Virus record (IMG/VR): IMGVR_UViG_3300030333_002322
DNA: 64,000 bases
Strand: one strand, 5' to 3'
DNA from: a virus
In this document: piece after piece, positions 28,983 through 38,146 of the stretch
How positions within the stretch are numbered: position 1 is the stretch's first letter
How the letters are laid out: each line of letters begins with the position of its first letter
The notes under the pieces: generated by a model
Seen by the model: only the letters and a program-made list of their open reading frames with translations
What the model was told of the DNA's origin: nothing
Database searches by the model: none
Program-made: the position numbers and the translations under genes

Positions 28983-29858
28983 TTATGTTCCCCAGGCATT
29001 GCCAAATAAATCTATATGTAATCTAGGACTGAACTTATAACCTGTTTCCATACATGCTTCTGCAACACCTTTTGCAGTTAGAGTTTGTTGTTCTAGGGTT
29101 GCACCTTCTGGCATACAATATACAGCATCTAATTTTACACCTGCCTCTTTATATGCCTTAACAAAAATATCTACCTCTTCAAAATCATCCATATCTCTAA
29201 CTACAAATTTATTATATAAATGACTGTTCCATACCCCATTCATTGTGTTCAGTGCCTCGGGGTTCAAGGCTTCTTCTCTCTTTTCTCCACTTAAACTTAA
29301 CTTAGGAGATGTACTCCATGTTACATGTAAGTCAGGAAGGTTATTAAAGAATGAACATAAGTCACCGCTAACAAGTTGTGTGCCATTAGTTTCAAATGTA
29401 ACATTCTTTAATCCCTTCTTCCAACATAGTTGGAGTAGAGTTGGCCAACACCTTTGCCAACCCAATAGCGGTTCACCGCCTGTTATGACTAAATGGATAT
29501 CTTCTTTTTCATCAAACCTACCATTAGGTAATAAACTTATTACATGTTCAAAGACTTCATCTATTGTCTTAGTCATTTGTAAATGTTTATATTTCATAGC
29601 CCAAGATGCTGAACTATCACAACCTATTGGTGTAACAGGTAAATCGTCTATAGACTTATAAGCTTCTGGGTGATTTTTATCTGCCTTTGGATCTGTGTAG
29701 TAAGGCATTTCTTCTACAGGAATCATATTATCTCTTTCCTGTCCAAATCCTCTACACTCAAAGTTGCAACCAAACACCCTAAGGAATACGCTAGGGACAC
29801 CAACGAATCTACCTTCGCCTTGAATACTATAAAATGCTTCTGAGTACCTGAGTTTCAT
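28983..29858 (-). CDS. queE: 7-carboxy-7-deazaguanine synthase QueE
   Basis: FYSIQGEG, FLRVFGCNFEC...CDS, ITGGEP, FETNG, SPKL, PRLH. Confidence 0.93.
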   Translation of the reverse strand: MKLRYSEAFYSIQGEGRFVGVPSVFLRVFGCNFECRGFGQERDNMIPVEEMPYYTDPKADKNHPEAYKSIDDLPVTPIGCDSSASWAMKYKHLQMTKTIDEVFEHVISLLPNGRFDEKEDIHLVITGGEPLLGWQRCWPTLLQLCWKKGLKNVTFETNGTQLVSGDLCSFFNNLPDLHVTWSTSPKLSLSGEKREEALNPEALNTMNGVWNSHLYNKFVVRDMDDFEEVDIFVKAYKEAGVKLDAVYCMPEGATLEQQTLTAKGVAEACMETGYKFSPRLHIDLFGNAWGT

Positions 29859-29866
29859 AATGTGAT

Positions 29867-29895
29867 ATTATATATAAGGGCTAACCTATAATCAA
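29867..29895 (-). promoter_or_regulatory. sigma70 promoter for the queE operon (no palindromic spacer)
   Basis: TTGATT-17-TATAAT, 8 nt before the ATG. Confidence 0.65.
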
Positions 29896-30491
29896 GAGTC
29901 TTGTTTACCTTTTTTAGCCTCTTCTTCTTTTTTAATTTTCTCATCTAAATATTTGGGTCTACGCTTAGGCATTTTCTTACCAGTGTTTTGTTTATCTGCT
30001 GCCTCTTTATCTGCGTCTGACTGTTCAATAATTTGTTTCATGTAATTCAAATATTCATTTGAATGTGTATCACCATCTGCACCTTGTTCTAACATCTCTT
30101 CAAGGTCCAAACTTTTAATATATTTCATTTTGGTTTCTTGTTGACGTTTCTCTTTTTGGATACGTCTAATGAAAGCGTAATATGTGATTTGTGTAAAGTA
30201 TGCAAAAGGATTATTAGATTTTTCTGGATTAAAATTGTCTATATATGTTAAACAGTTTTCAATACCATCTAAAATCATCTCATCTCTGAATGTATAGTTT
30301 ACGAAATTTGATTTGTATGCTAAGTGGTTTGCTATTTTAACAAAGCACTCTCCTAAGTAATTAGTTACTTGTGGTTTAGGGTCTCCACATTCTTCTGCTT
30401 CAATCCTACTATTCCTATAATCAGTAATCTTAGCAAGGAACTCCTTGTTATCTATGTAATGTGCTGAATTAGGATCACGTCTTTTTGCCAT
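29892..30491 (-). CDS. gp55: late transcription sigma factor gp55
   Basis: HYIDNKEFL, NFVNYTFRDEMILDGIENC, NPFAYFTQI. Confidence 0.97.
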   Translation of the reverse strand: MAKRRDPNSAHYIDNKEFLAKITDYRNSRIEAEECGDPKPQVTNYLGECFVKIANHLAYKSNFVNYTFRDEMILDGIENCLTYIDNFNPEKSNNPFAYFTQITYYAFIRRIQKEKRQQETKMKYIKSLDLEEMLEQGADGDTHSNEYLNYMKQIIEQSDADKEAADKQNTGKKMPKRRPKYLDEKIKKEEEAKKGKQDS

Positions 30492-30501
30492 TATATACTC
30501 C

Positions 30502-30936
30502 TTAATGAATCTTTTTATTTAACTTAGCATCTGCTAATTCAGTTGATAGACTTGCTTCATCTTCCATGTCTTCTACTCTTTTCCTTAAATCTTCTCTAAG
30601 TTCTTCTAGTAGTTCATGCTCGTTAATAAATGAGCCAGCCCATTCAGGGTCTTTCATGTATATAGATTCAACCATATCATGATAACCTTTCTGAAATGCT
30701 GTCTGTAATGATGCTATTGTTATAACATTATATCTTTCAATTGTGAAAGTTTGTTCTTCTGCTAATGCTATCCAAGGTCGTAAACTTATATGTTCACCAA
30801 TTATACCTTGTGTAAGCATCCCTTGTGTTGGGACTACTTCTATTGGGTGTTCTATATCTACCATTTCTCCATCAGAGGTAACCTTACCAACTAAAGTTGT
30901 TCCGTCTCTTAATTTTAATATGCTAACTTCCGACAT
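30502..30936 (-). CDS. conserved hypothetical protein between uvsW and gp55
   Basis: synteny; LKLRDG N-terminus and KKIH C-terminus. Confidence 0.65.
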   Translation of the reverse strand: MSEVSILKLRDGTTLVGKVTSDGEMVDIEHPIEVVPTQGMLTQGIIGEHISLRPWIALAEEQTFTIERYNVITIASLQTAFQKGYHDMVESIYMKDPEWAGSFINEHELLEELREDLRKRVEDMEDEASLSTELADAKLNKKIH

Positions 30937-32398
30937 CTATTTTAACTAACTTATAATCGAAGCCTTCTTCGTTATAAATTTTAACCCTTTCTATTAGGTG
31001 GTTTAAAGTGTAATTCTTGTGAGACTTCCATGATAAATCGTCTCCAATATCAAACAAGTTACATACAACCTTCTTGTCTCCTTTTCTAAGTCCTCTACCT
31101 ATACTCTGTAAGTTTCTTATTCTACTCTTACTAGGGGAGGCGAACACAATATTATGAAGGTTCCTTATATTTATACCCGTTGAAAATGTTCCGTAAGAAG
31201 CAATTATAATAGCATTGTTTTCTTTTTCTGTAATAGCTCTAATCTCTTCTCTTGTTTCTGTATCTGTGCCTCCAAATACAAAAAATACTTTTCTATCTTT
31301 ATCTACTGCCTTCTGTACCATCTCATGTAGTACTGTTCCATGCTTTTCTACAAATTGAAATAGAACTAATGTATTACCATCTTGTGCTACTGTTAAATCT
31401 CTTATTATTTTATTACGCTCTGGGTTCTTAACTATCCAATCTATCTCTTCTTGATAGTTAAATGTTTTATTTTCCTTTTTAGTTTTGTCATCATAGTTCA
31501 ATGCCATACAAACAATTTTTAGATTAGCAAGTTGTTTGTCGTCCATTAATTTTTTAGTAGTTGTAACCTTATGTACTTGTCCAAATACACCTTCTAACAC
31601 CAACCTATGTGTTTTTGTTCCGTCTAATGTTCCTGTTGTTCCTATTCTATAAGGTGTGTTTGTACACTTGTTCATTAATGTTGTTAATGACTTTGCTTTA
31701 AATAAATGTGCTTCATCACCATAAAAAACATCAAAGTCTTTGAACCATGTTTTAGGATACTTGTATATTGATTGCCATGTACTTATTATAACAGGGTAAT
31801 CATTACTCTTAACCTTGCCCCCATATATCCTATGGCAGTTCTCTGCAACACTCCAACTATCTGCACTAGCATAATCTTGGAAGTCGCCATACATCTGTTC
31901 TACCAAGGACGTAGTAGGAACGACAATAAGCTGTTTACGCCCACGAGCGTTGTGATACCTAATAAGACTATAGATAATAAGAGACTTACCACTAGCAGTC
32001 GGCGACAGAAGTAAAGTTCTTCCTTGCTTAATGCAATGATCAACTGCATCCCTCTGATAGTCCCTAATTTGTATTGGATTTCCTCCTGATTGGAAGTTGA
32101 GCGCTTTTGTGAGTTTGTCGACATCTGTTTGTTCTCCTATGTCAGGTATGTCTACGTCTAATTTATATTCTAATGTATCAGCAAACTCTTTTAAGTAAGG
32201 TAACAGACCAATATATAGTTCTTTATTGTACATACTAAAAAGTCTTGCTTTACCATCCCACATTCTTTTTCTATACAAAGGCATAAACTTTGCGCCAGGC
32301 ACTTCAAAGGTAAAGAAGTCATTTATTTCTTGTTCAATACTAGGTTCAGTCTTGATTCTTAAATGTACTTCGTCTTTCTTTGTTACGCTAATAACCAT
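30923..32398 (-). CDS. uvsW: UvsW helicase
   Basis: SPTASGKS, GDEAH, GTTGT, LQSIGRGLR. Confidence 0.96.
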   Translation of the reverse strand: MVISVTKKDEVHLRIKTEPSIEQEINDFFTFEVPGAKFMPLYRKRMWDGKARLFSMYNKELYIGLLPYLKEFADTLEYKLDVDIPDIGEQTDVDKLTKALNFQSGGNPIQIRDYQRDAVDHCIKQGRTLLLSPTASGKSLIIYSLIRYHNARGRKQLIVVPTTSLVEQMYGDFQDYASADSWSVAENCHRIYGGKVKSNDYPVIISTWQSIYKYPKTWFKDFDVFYGDEAHLFKAKSLTTLMNKCTNTPYRIGTTGTLDGTKTHRLVLEGVFGQVHKVTTTKKLMDDKQLANLKIVCMALNYDDKTKKENKTFNYQEEIDWIVKNPERNKIIRDLTVAQDGNTLVLFQFVEKHGTVLHEMVQKAVDKDRKVFFVFGGTDTETREEIRAITEKENNAIIIASYGTFSTGINIRNLHNIVFASPSKSRIRNLQSIGRGLRKGDKKVVCNLFDIGDDLSWKSHKNYTLNHLIERVKIYNEEGFDYKLVKIDVGS

Positions 32399-32931
32399 TC
32401 AGGATAATCTCTGTTTGTATATTTGGCAAAGTCTATTTTATATTTCTTGTAATACCTACGATAAGAATTTACTACACTATTACCTTTAACATCTTCAGGC
32501 ATTGCAAGAGGTAAACCATGTACGTCTGCCTGTTTTACATGGTTAATATTTGTTGGAGCAAACCTAAGTAAATTTTTAAGTTTTTCTTCTGTTAGGTGTA
32601 CCCTGCCATACCTGTGAGTATATTCTTCACATAACCTACACCATAAATTATATAGATAATTATAATTGGCATCACTACTTCTAACCCATATACCATCTGG
32701 GTGATTAACATGGCTGGCCTTGTATAACTTAGCCTCCATACATAAGTTAGGATGTCGCCATCTTTTGATTCGTCTGTTTGCTGCTGTCTTGTCTTCATAT
32801 AATTCTCCGTCAAGTACCCGGTGTGCTGTTGACATGAGCTGTGCATACTCAATTACCATTTTAACCACATGTTTATCACAATGTTGTTCTGCACAGATGG
32901 TTGGATTTTCATGTAATAAAAATATATTCAT
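32383..32931 (-). CDS. pyrimidine-dimer DNA glycosylase / endonuclease V family protein
   Basis: MNIF...DKHVVKM..EYAQL.STAH, HVNHP, EYTHRYG. Confidence 0.8.
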   Translation of the reverse strand: MNIFLLHENPTICAEQHCDKHVVKMVIEYAQLMSTAHRVLDGELYEDKTAANRRIKRWRHPNLCMEAKLYKASHVNHPDGIWVRSSDANYNYLYNLWCRLCEEYTHRYGRVHLTEEKLKNLLRFAPTNINHVKQADVHGLPLAMPEDVKGNSVVNSYRRYYKKYKIDFAKYTNRDYPEWLLA

Positions 32932-33374
32932 TATAAAAGTCCATTTGTAAACTTAGTCCATTCAATAGCATTTTTAATATCAAAAGACCTGCTATTGATT
33001 GAACGCATAATATAATCCAATTGATTAAGACAAGTTTCTATATATTCTACCTTGTCTGTTAACTTAATTATATCAGGATCAGTATCTAAATAATCATTCA
33101 TTTGGTTATTCAGTGGAGCTGAACCTAAGTATTGTTCCCAACCTAATGTATTAAGTTCTTGTTGAGTTAATTCACCTCGGTAGTATTTCCATTTGGTCCT
33201 ACGCAAGGATAATAAATTGGATCTATTTTTTCGTAGCTGTAATTTGAATGTGCTTAACATGTTCAAATATTTAGCATGTAATTCTGGTATTTTTGTGGAT
33301 TCTTGACCCAAGTTGAGCTCGTCGACCTTACAGTCTTCTTCCCACATCTCTTGTATCTCATTTAGAGTTATCAT
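32931..33374 (-). CDS. uvsY: recombination mediator UvsY
   Basis: IPELHAKY, WKYYRG, IKNAIEW. Confidence 0.9.
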   Translation of the reverse strand: MITLNEIQEMWEEDCKVDELNLGQESTKIPELHAKYLNMLSTFKLQLRKNRSNLLSLRRTKWKYYRGELTQQELNTLGWEQYLGSAPLNNQMNDYLDTDPDIIKLTDKVEYIETCLNQLDYIMRSINSRSFDIKNAIEWTKFTNGLL

Positions 33375-33383
33375 AATATACAC

Positions 33384-33412
33384 ATTATAGGCTCTTAGTA
33401 ACTAAGAGTCAA
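33384..33412 (-). promoter_or_regulatory. sigma70 promoter for uvsY-uvsW-gp55 with a perfect 8-bp inverted repeat
   Basis: TTGACT CTTAGTTACTAAGAGCC TATAAT. Confidence 0.85.
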
Positions 33413-33432
33413 CTGTTTATTGTACCGTTTGG

Positions 33433-34026
33433 TTAACTACCTGCTGCAGTTTCAATTAGATAATCTTTGTACCTAAACATGGCTACTGCCTGCATATAAT
33501 CTGTACTTCCAGATACAATTTCAAAGTTTAGACCACCCAAACTTGTTGGAAAACAATCCCTAAATGTTATTGTAACACTAGGATTATTATTTGAATCCAA
33601 TATAAACAAAGAAGCATCACTTAATAAACCTTGCTGGTTTCTGGTTGAGTCTGCTACCTGAGGAAATCTGTATGTTTGTTGTTCACCATACTGTTGATAT
33701 TGTTTTCTATCCTCTGGGAAACCCATTCCAATTAGCCAATCATATAATTCTTTGTAATTCATCATGTCCTCTTGTATAATAAACATTATTTGTAATGCAC
33801 CAAATTCCAATTTGTCTCCTGGAATTGGTATGTCTACAAGTGGTGTGAATTGTGTTGGATTACCTACTGATATTTCAGGTATGTTAGCAGCCTGACACAT
33901 ATAAGACGTGTTAGGTATGTTATGTACCTGAAACTTAAAACCATTTGGTCTTAGGTAATCTAACTCATTAGGATTTGCATTACTCCACGAATTAGCTGAT
34001 ACGGTAATGTCTTCTGTTAATGCCAT
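33433..34026 (-). CDS. gp3: tail completion / tube terminator gp3-like
   Basis: YLRPNGFKF, CQAANIP, PGDK, NYKELYDW, FRDCFP. Confidence 0.85.
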   Translation of the reverse strand: MALTEDITVSANSWSNANPNELDYLRPNGFKFQVHNIPNTSYMCQAANIPEISVGNPTQFTPLVDIPIPGDKLEFGALQIMFIIQEDMMNYKELYDWLIGMGFPEDRKQYQQYGEQQTYRFPQVADSTRNQQGLLSDASLFILDSNNNPSVTITFRDCFPTSLGGLNFEIVSGSTDYMQAVAMFRYKDYLIETAAGS

Positions 34027-34185
34027 CTATCTCCCTTGACCTCTATATTTCTTATAAGATCTTTTCTTGTGTTTATTCATTGTTGAAGTAGAGCATTTTA
34101 CACTTCTACTTCTACCACCTACACCTTGTGAAGTGGCTTTTTTTCTAACTGTATGAGTGATTTTTCCACTCCAAGTTTTTGCCAT
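34027..34185 (-). CDS. small basic protein (52 aa, ending KKYRGQGR)
   Basis: hand-translated, GGAG SD; highly basic. Confidence 0.7.
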   Translation of the reverse strand: MAKTWSGKITHTVRKKATSQGVGGRSRSVKCSTSTMNKHKKRSYKKYRGQGR

Positions 34186-34198
34186 AATATACTCCTTT

Positions 34199-34522
34199 TT
34201 AAAAACCTACCGATGCCCCACAACCACATGAGTTAGCTTCTAGTGGATTCCAAAATGTAAACTGTTCATTCAATCCTTCTACTTCCCAGCCAATTACTAC
34301 CCCATCAAGGTACATCTCTGACATAGGACAAACCCACATTTTAAACTTGCCAAAGTCTAACTCTATATCTTGGTCTGACTTCGGACCATCGGCATAATTA
34401 AAATCATACTTGAAACCAGAACAACCGCCACCTAATAATCCAATACGGATTCCAGGTACACCCTTTGATTCAACACGCTTAATTGCCTGTGTAAGAGCTT
34501 CGTCTGTCCAATCTATATTCAT
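34199..34522 (-). CDS. iscA: Fe-S carrier IscA/HesB family
   Basis: GGGCSG...CGCG. Confidence 0.92.
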   Translation of the reverse strand: MNIDWTDEALTQAIKRVESKGVPGIRIGLLGGGCSGFKYDFNYADGPKSDQDIELDFGKFKMWVCPMSEMYLDGVVIGWEVEGLNEQFTFWNPLEANSCGCGASVGF

Positions 34523-34947
34523 TCAGGTCCTCTGTTATGGTTTCTGTGTGCTTTCTTTTCATCCCAATCCTTCAATGCTCTTTTAATACTATCTTCTGCT
34601 AGTACAGAACAATGAAGTTTAATAGGTGGTAGTTCAAGTGCTGCTGCTATATCCTTATCTTTAATTTCTAATGCTTGTGTCATTGTAATACCCTTAAGCA
34701 TTTCAACAAACATTGTAGAACTAGCAATAGCAGAACCACAACCATACGTCTTAAATTTTACATCCTCGATAACATCTGTATCAGGATTAACTTTAAGATC
34801 TAACTTCATAACATCTCCACATGCTGGTGCTCCAGTCATTCCTGTAGCAACATTTGGGTCATTAGGGTCAAATCTTCCTACCCCATGATCTTGTGGATTA
34901 TTTAAAACATCATTAAATCTATCTACAACCTTTTTACTGTACGCCAT
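34519..34947 (-). CDS. iscU: Fe-S scaffold IscU
   Basis: GAPACGDVM, YGCGSA, LPPIKLHCS; start MAYSKK. Confidence 0.95.
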   Translation of the reverse strand: MAYSKKVVDRFNDVLNNPQDHGVGRFDPNDPNVATGMTGAPACGDVMKLDLKVNPDTDVIEDVKFKTYGCGSAIASSTMFVEMLKGITMTQALEIKDKDIAAALELPPIKLHCSVLAEDSIKRALKDWDEKKAHRNHNRGPE

Positions 34948-34979
34948 ATATTCTCCGGTTAGTTTAATATATACACTGG

Positions 34980-35038
34980 TATTTATAATACTTTCAAAGT
35001 AACCAAATGTCAATCTCTAAAAATACCTTTTATAAATA
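34980..35038. promoter_or_regulatory. divergent pair of late promoters (minus 34980-34987 to iscU; plus 35031-35038 to the lipoprotein)
   Basis: two exact TATAAATA octamers in opposite orientation. Confidence 0.75.
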
Positions 35039-35094
35039 TCTGTGTCCTCAGGGACATTTCACACTAACATCAATCACTAACAAGGTGACAATCA

Positions 35095-35307
35095 ATGAAA
35101 AAACTGTTATTGGTAGCCCTACTAACCACAGGGTGTGCATCTACGAGTGGTGACTTCTCAAGCAAATATAACTACAAACCTGATCTCAGGAATTATAGTT
35201 GTCCTGTTCCCCTCATAGCATTATGTGAAGGTAGGAATTATTCCGATATGGAATGTAGCTGTGTTGATATGAAAACCATGAGTAGAGTGTTCGATAATAT
35301 TATGTAG
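35095..35307 (+). CDS. small Cys-rich lipoprotein
   Basis: MKKLLLVALLTTG-C lipobox-like signal; four further Cys. Confidence 0.75.
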   Translation: MKKLLLVALLTTGCASTSGDFSSKYNYKPDLRNYSCPVPLIALCEGRNYSDMECSCVDMKTMSRVFDNIM

Positions 35308-35310
35308 ATA

Positions 35311-35338
35311 AAAAAAGGGAGCGCAATGCTCCCTTTTT
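35311..35338. terminator. bidirectional intrinsic terminator after gp23
   Basis: AAAAAAGGGAGC-GCAAT-GCTCCCTTTTT. Confidence 0.9.
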
Positions 35339-35359
35339 CCGTTTGACCTTAGTGTAAGA

Positions 35360-36625
35360 TTACATTAAGTTTGTAACTTTAACTGATCTGTAGTACTGGT
35401 TACGATCTGCAGTAAATGTGTCTGCATCTGTAGTTCCGTCTGACTGTACTACGAATGGGTTAGCGATCATGCCATACCTAGTTTTGAAACCAATTTTAGG
35501 TTGGAATGTGCTTGGGTCAATAGCCCTAACCATTTGTAGTGGTACATATGGACAATAGAAAAGACCAGCGTCATAAGGGCTTGTGCCTTTATAACCACAA
35601 ACATAGAACTGGCTAGCAGCTCCTGTGTTTGCTGAATAAGGGTCAATGTAGACTTTATAGCGTCCGTTTAGCACACCAGCAAAAGTATTACCTGTGTCAT
35701 CAACATTTAAGTTAGTTGATAAAGCTGGAGCGTAATCTAAAACACCAGCCATTGATAAAGCACTAGCAACATCTGATGAACAGATGATGAAGTTACCTTT
35801 ACCACGCCTTGTGTCTTGTGCAATTACGTTAGCGTCACGTTCGATATTGAATAAAAGACCTTTAAATCTTTCTACTGACCATCTACCGTTACTGTCGACG
35901 TCTAAGTCGAATGTTCCAGCTGTAGCAGTTGAGGCTGAGCCTGTTTTTGCTACTTTATAGATAGTCCTAATAACCTCACGGTTAATTTCTGCAAGTATTT
36001 CCTGTGAAAGGATATTACTTAGCTCGGATTCAGCATCCAAACCATGAACAGCTTTTAAGTCTTGAGCAAGTTCAACAGTATATTCTGCTTTAAGAGCTCT
36101 TGATTTAGCTGTAACAGTAGTTTTCTCGATTGAGAAAGCCATTTGGTTTAGAGTTGTTGAATCTCCGAAGCCTTCTGCAGTGCTTGTGGATACACCAGTA
36201 CCAGTTGTGTAAGTTCCATCAACTGGGTTAGCGCCAGCGTGTGTACCAGCACCTGCAAAGTCTGTATCTGCTTCGTTAAATAAAGCCTCTGTACCTGTTT
36301 GAGAGGTATAGTGTGACTTCATTGCGAAGATAAGACCTGTAGGTCCTGACATTGGCTGAACACCACAAACATCATACGCCATAAGGTTAGGCAGCGCACG
36401 TCTAACTAATGATATTAAAATAGGATCATAGTTGTCAACGTTAGCGCCAGTCTGGTTAGCGTGTGTAGCCTCGAAAAGGGCTTCTTTCTCTTCTCTAAGA
36501 GCTTTCTCCTGGTTTTCGAGTACTACTGTGGTTACCGCTCTCTTGTATGGGTCCGAGATCTCTGCAAGATCTGGATGTTCAAGAACTGGGCTCCACTTTT
36601 TCTGTAGTTCTTCTGAAAGATACAT
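35360..36625 (-). CDS. gp23: major capsid protein gp23
   Basis: KWSPVL, GVQPMSGPTGLIFAM, SRALKAEYT, YCPYVPLQM, FQPKIGFKTRYG. Confidence 0.99.
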   Translation of the reverse strand: MYLSEELQKKWSPVLEHPDLAEISDPYKRAVTTVVLENQEKALREEKEALFEATHANQTGANVDNYDPILISLVRRALPNLMAYDVCGVQPMSGPTGLIFAMKSHYTSQTGTEALFNEADTDFAGAGTHAGANPVDGTYTTGTGVSTSTAEGFGDSTTLNQMAFSIEKTTVTAKSRALKAEYTVELAQDLKAVHGLDAESELSNILSQEILAEINREVIRTIYKVAKTGSASTATAGTFDLDVDSNGRWSVERFKGLLFNIERDANVIAQDTRRGKGNFIICSSDVASALSMAGVLDYAPALSTNLNVDDTGNTFAGVLNGRYKVYIDPYSANTGAASQFYVCGYKGTSPYDAGLFYCPYVPLQMVRAIDPSTFQPKIGFKTRYGMIANPFVVQSDGTTDADTFTADRNQYYRSVKVTNLM

Positions 36626-36669
36626 CAGTTTCTCCTTGTTTTAACGTTTGTTATGTTTTATAACCTAAT

Positions 36670-36677
36670 TATTTATA
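36670..36677 (-). promoter_or_regulatory. late promoter for gp23
   Basis: TATAAATA. Confidence 0.85.
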
Positions 36678-36690
36678 AAAAAATTAATTT

Positions 36691-38067
36691 TTAAACCTTA
36701 GAAAACTTCGCTGCTTGTGAAATACCTTCTACGTATTTTCCCATCACAGTATTGTCTACTACGGCCCCCTGATCAACGCTATCTTCTAGCTTCTCTGTGT
36801 CATCAGATATTGCTTTTGGAAAATAATTTTCCTTGATAACATTAAGTTTCTGAGTGTACATCTCTTCTGAATCGTAAGATACGCCTTCAACAAGTGATGC
36901 AAACTTTTCAACTTCAGTTTCAGCTAGATCGTCAACCACGGAACGGAAAACTTTTTCCTTTTGTAGTTGTTCCCTTTCTTCGCTGATAGAAACAGATTTG
37001 TTAACTTCCTCGTTTAACTTGGACTTTAACTCTTCTATTTCGTCTTGCTGAGATTTTAATACATCGAATTTTTCTTCAGGAACATCGATGTAATGATTTT
37101 GGAATGTCTCTCTAAGATCTTTAATAAAGCTCTCAGTGATTTCATTTCTAATCCCATTCTCAACAGCAAGCTCATTTTCTGCCATCCACTGTTCTGTAAC
37201 ATAAGACAGATACTTGTCAATGTTTTCTATGAGTTGTTCCTTAGCCTTCTCAAATTCAACATTAGCTGATTCAACAAGTTCCTTCTCGATTTCTTCAATC
37301 TCTGAATTAACTCTTGAAACTACTATTGCCTCAAATAAGCCGGCTGCTTTAGTTTTGAATTCTTCGCTTAGATGCTCTTCGTCGGCAAATAAGTTAGCAA
37401 TGTCTTCTTCAAATAGAGTTTCTGCTTCAGTTTCCTCTGAATCTTCTTCAGTTTCTTCTGCAACTACTTCCTCTTCTTCAGAAGCTTCTTCTTCATCGCC
37501 ACCTTCTTCCTCTTCGTCATCGTCACCTTCCACGTCGTCGCCTTCTTCAATTTCTTCTTCAGCAACTACTTCTTGTTCTTCAGTTTCTTCAACTTCTGAA
37601 TCAAGAACTTCTTGTTCCTCTTCGGCTTCAACTTGTTCGTCTTCGCCTATAGGACCTCTGTTACCTTGTGAACTTGATTGGCCAACAACATTTCTAGGAT
37701 CTTCTGCATCTGAGAAGTTAGGAGCTTTTCCAGCGCCTGCGCCTTCTAGGCCAGGTGCTTTAGAAGCATTACTTGATGCTGCTTTTCCAACAGGGCTTGT
37801 TAACCCACCTTCTGGGTTGCTAGACCCGCTTAGGTCTTGCTGTTCAGGATTTGGGTTGGATGAACCTTGTAATGGAGGGGTAGCATCACCAACTTTTTTG
37901 TCTAACGGACGATGTGCGTCCGCTGAAGATGTAGGCAAATTAGCAGTACTTGAACTACCTTGTCTAGGCGGTTGTTGGTCTCCTGCAATAGCCTCATCTA
38001 GCACTTCTACAGACTCGTCTTGTAACTTGCCTTCTAGAAGTTCTCTGATTTTGGATTCTACTCCCAT
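36691..38067 (-). CDS. gp22: prohead core scaffold gp22 with long low-complexity N-terminus
   Basis: LSEEFKTKAAGLFEA, DKYLSYVTEQW, IKENYF. Confidence 0.93.
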   Translation of the reverse strand: MGVESKIRELLEGKLQDESVEVLDEAIAGDQQPPRQGSSSTANLPTSSADAHRPLDKKVGDATPPLQGSSNPNPEQQDLSGSSNPEGGLTSPVGKAASSNASKAPGLEGAGAGKAPNFSDAEDPRNVVGQSSSQGNRGPIGEDEQVEAEEEQEVLDSEVEETEEQEVVAEEEIEEGDDVEGDDDEEEEGGDEEEASEEEEVVAEETEEDSEETEAETLFEEDIANLFADEEHLSEEFKTKAAGLFEAIVVSRVNSEIEEIEKELVESANVEFEKAKEQLIENIDKYLSYVTEQWMAENELAVENGIRNEITESFIKDLRETFQNHYIDVPEEKFDVLKSQQDEIEELKSKLNEEVNKSVSISEEREQLQKEKVFRSVVDDLAETEVEKFASLVEGVSYDSEEMYTQKLNVIKENYFPKAISDDTEKLEDSVDQGAVVDNTVMGKYVEGISQAAKFSKV

Positions 38068-38121
38068 GTCTTACTCCTTTTTTAAGTCGGATTAAATATT
38101 TAATTATATAATCTAATAAAC

Positions 38122-38135
38122 TATTTATATTTATA
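38122..38135 (-). promoter_or_regulatory. tandem overlapping late promoters for gp22
   Basis: TATAAATATAAATA. Confidence 0.8.
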
Positions 38136-38146
38136 TAGTTTTTGGT

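Noticed and set aside
37214-38095. 293-aa plus-strand Ser-rich ORF
   Set aside because: Antisense shadow of the GAA-rich gp22; no SD or promoter
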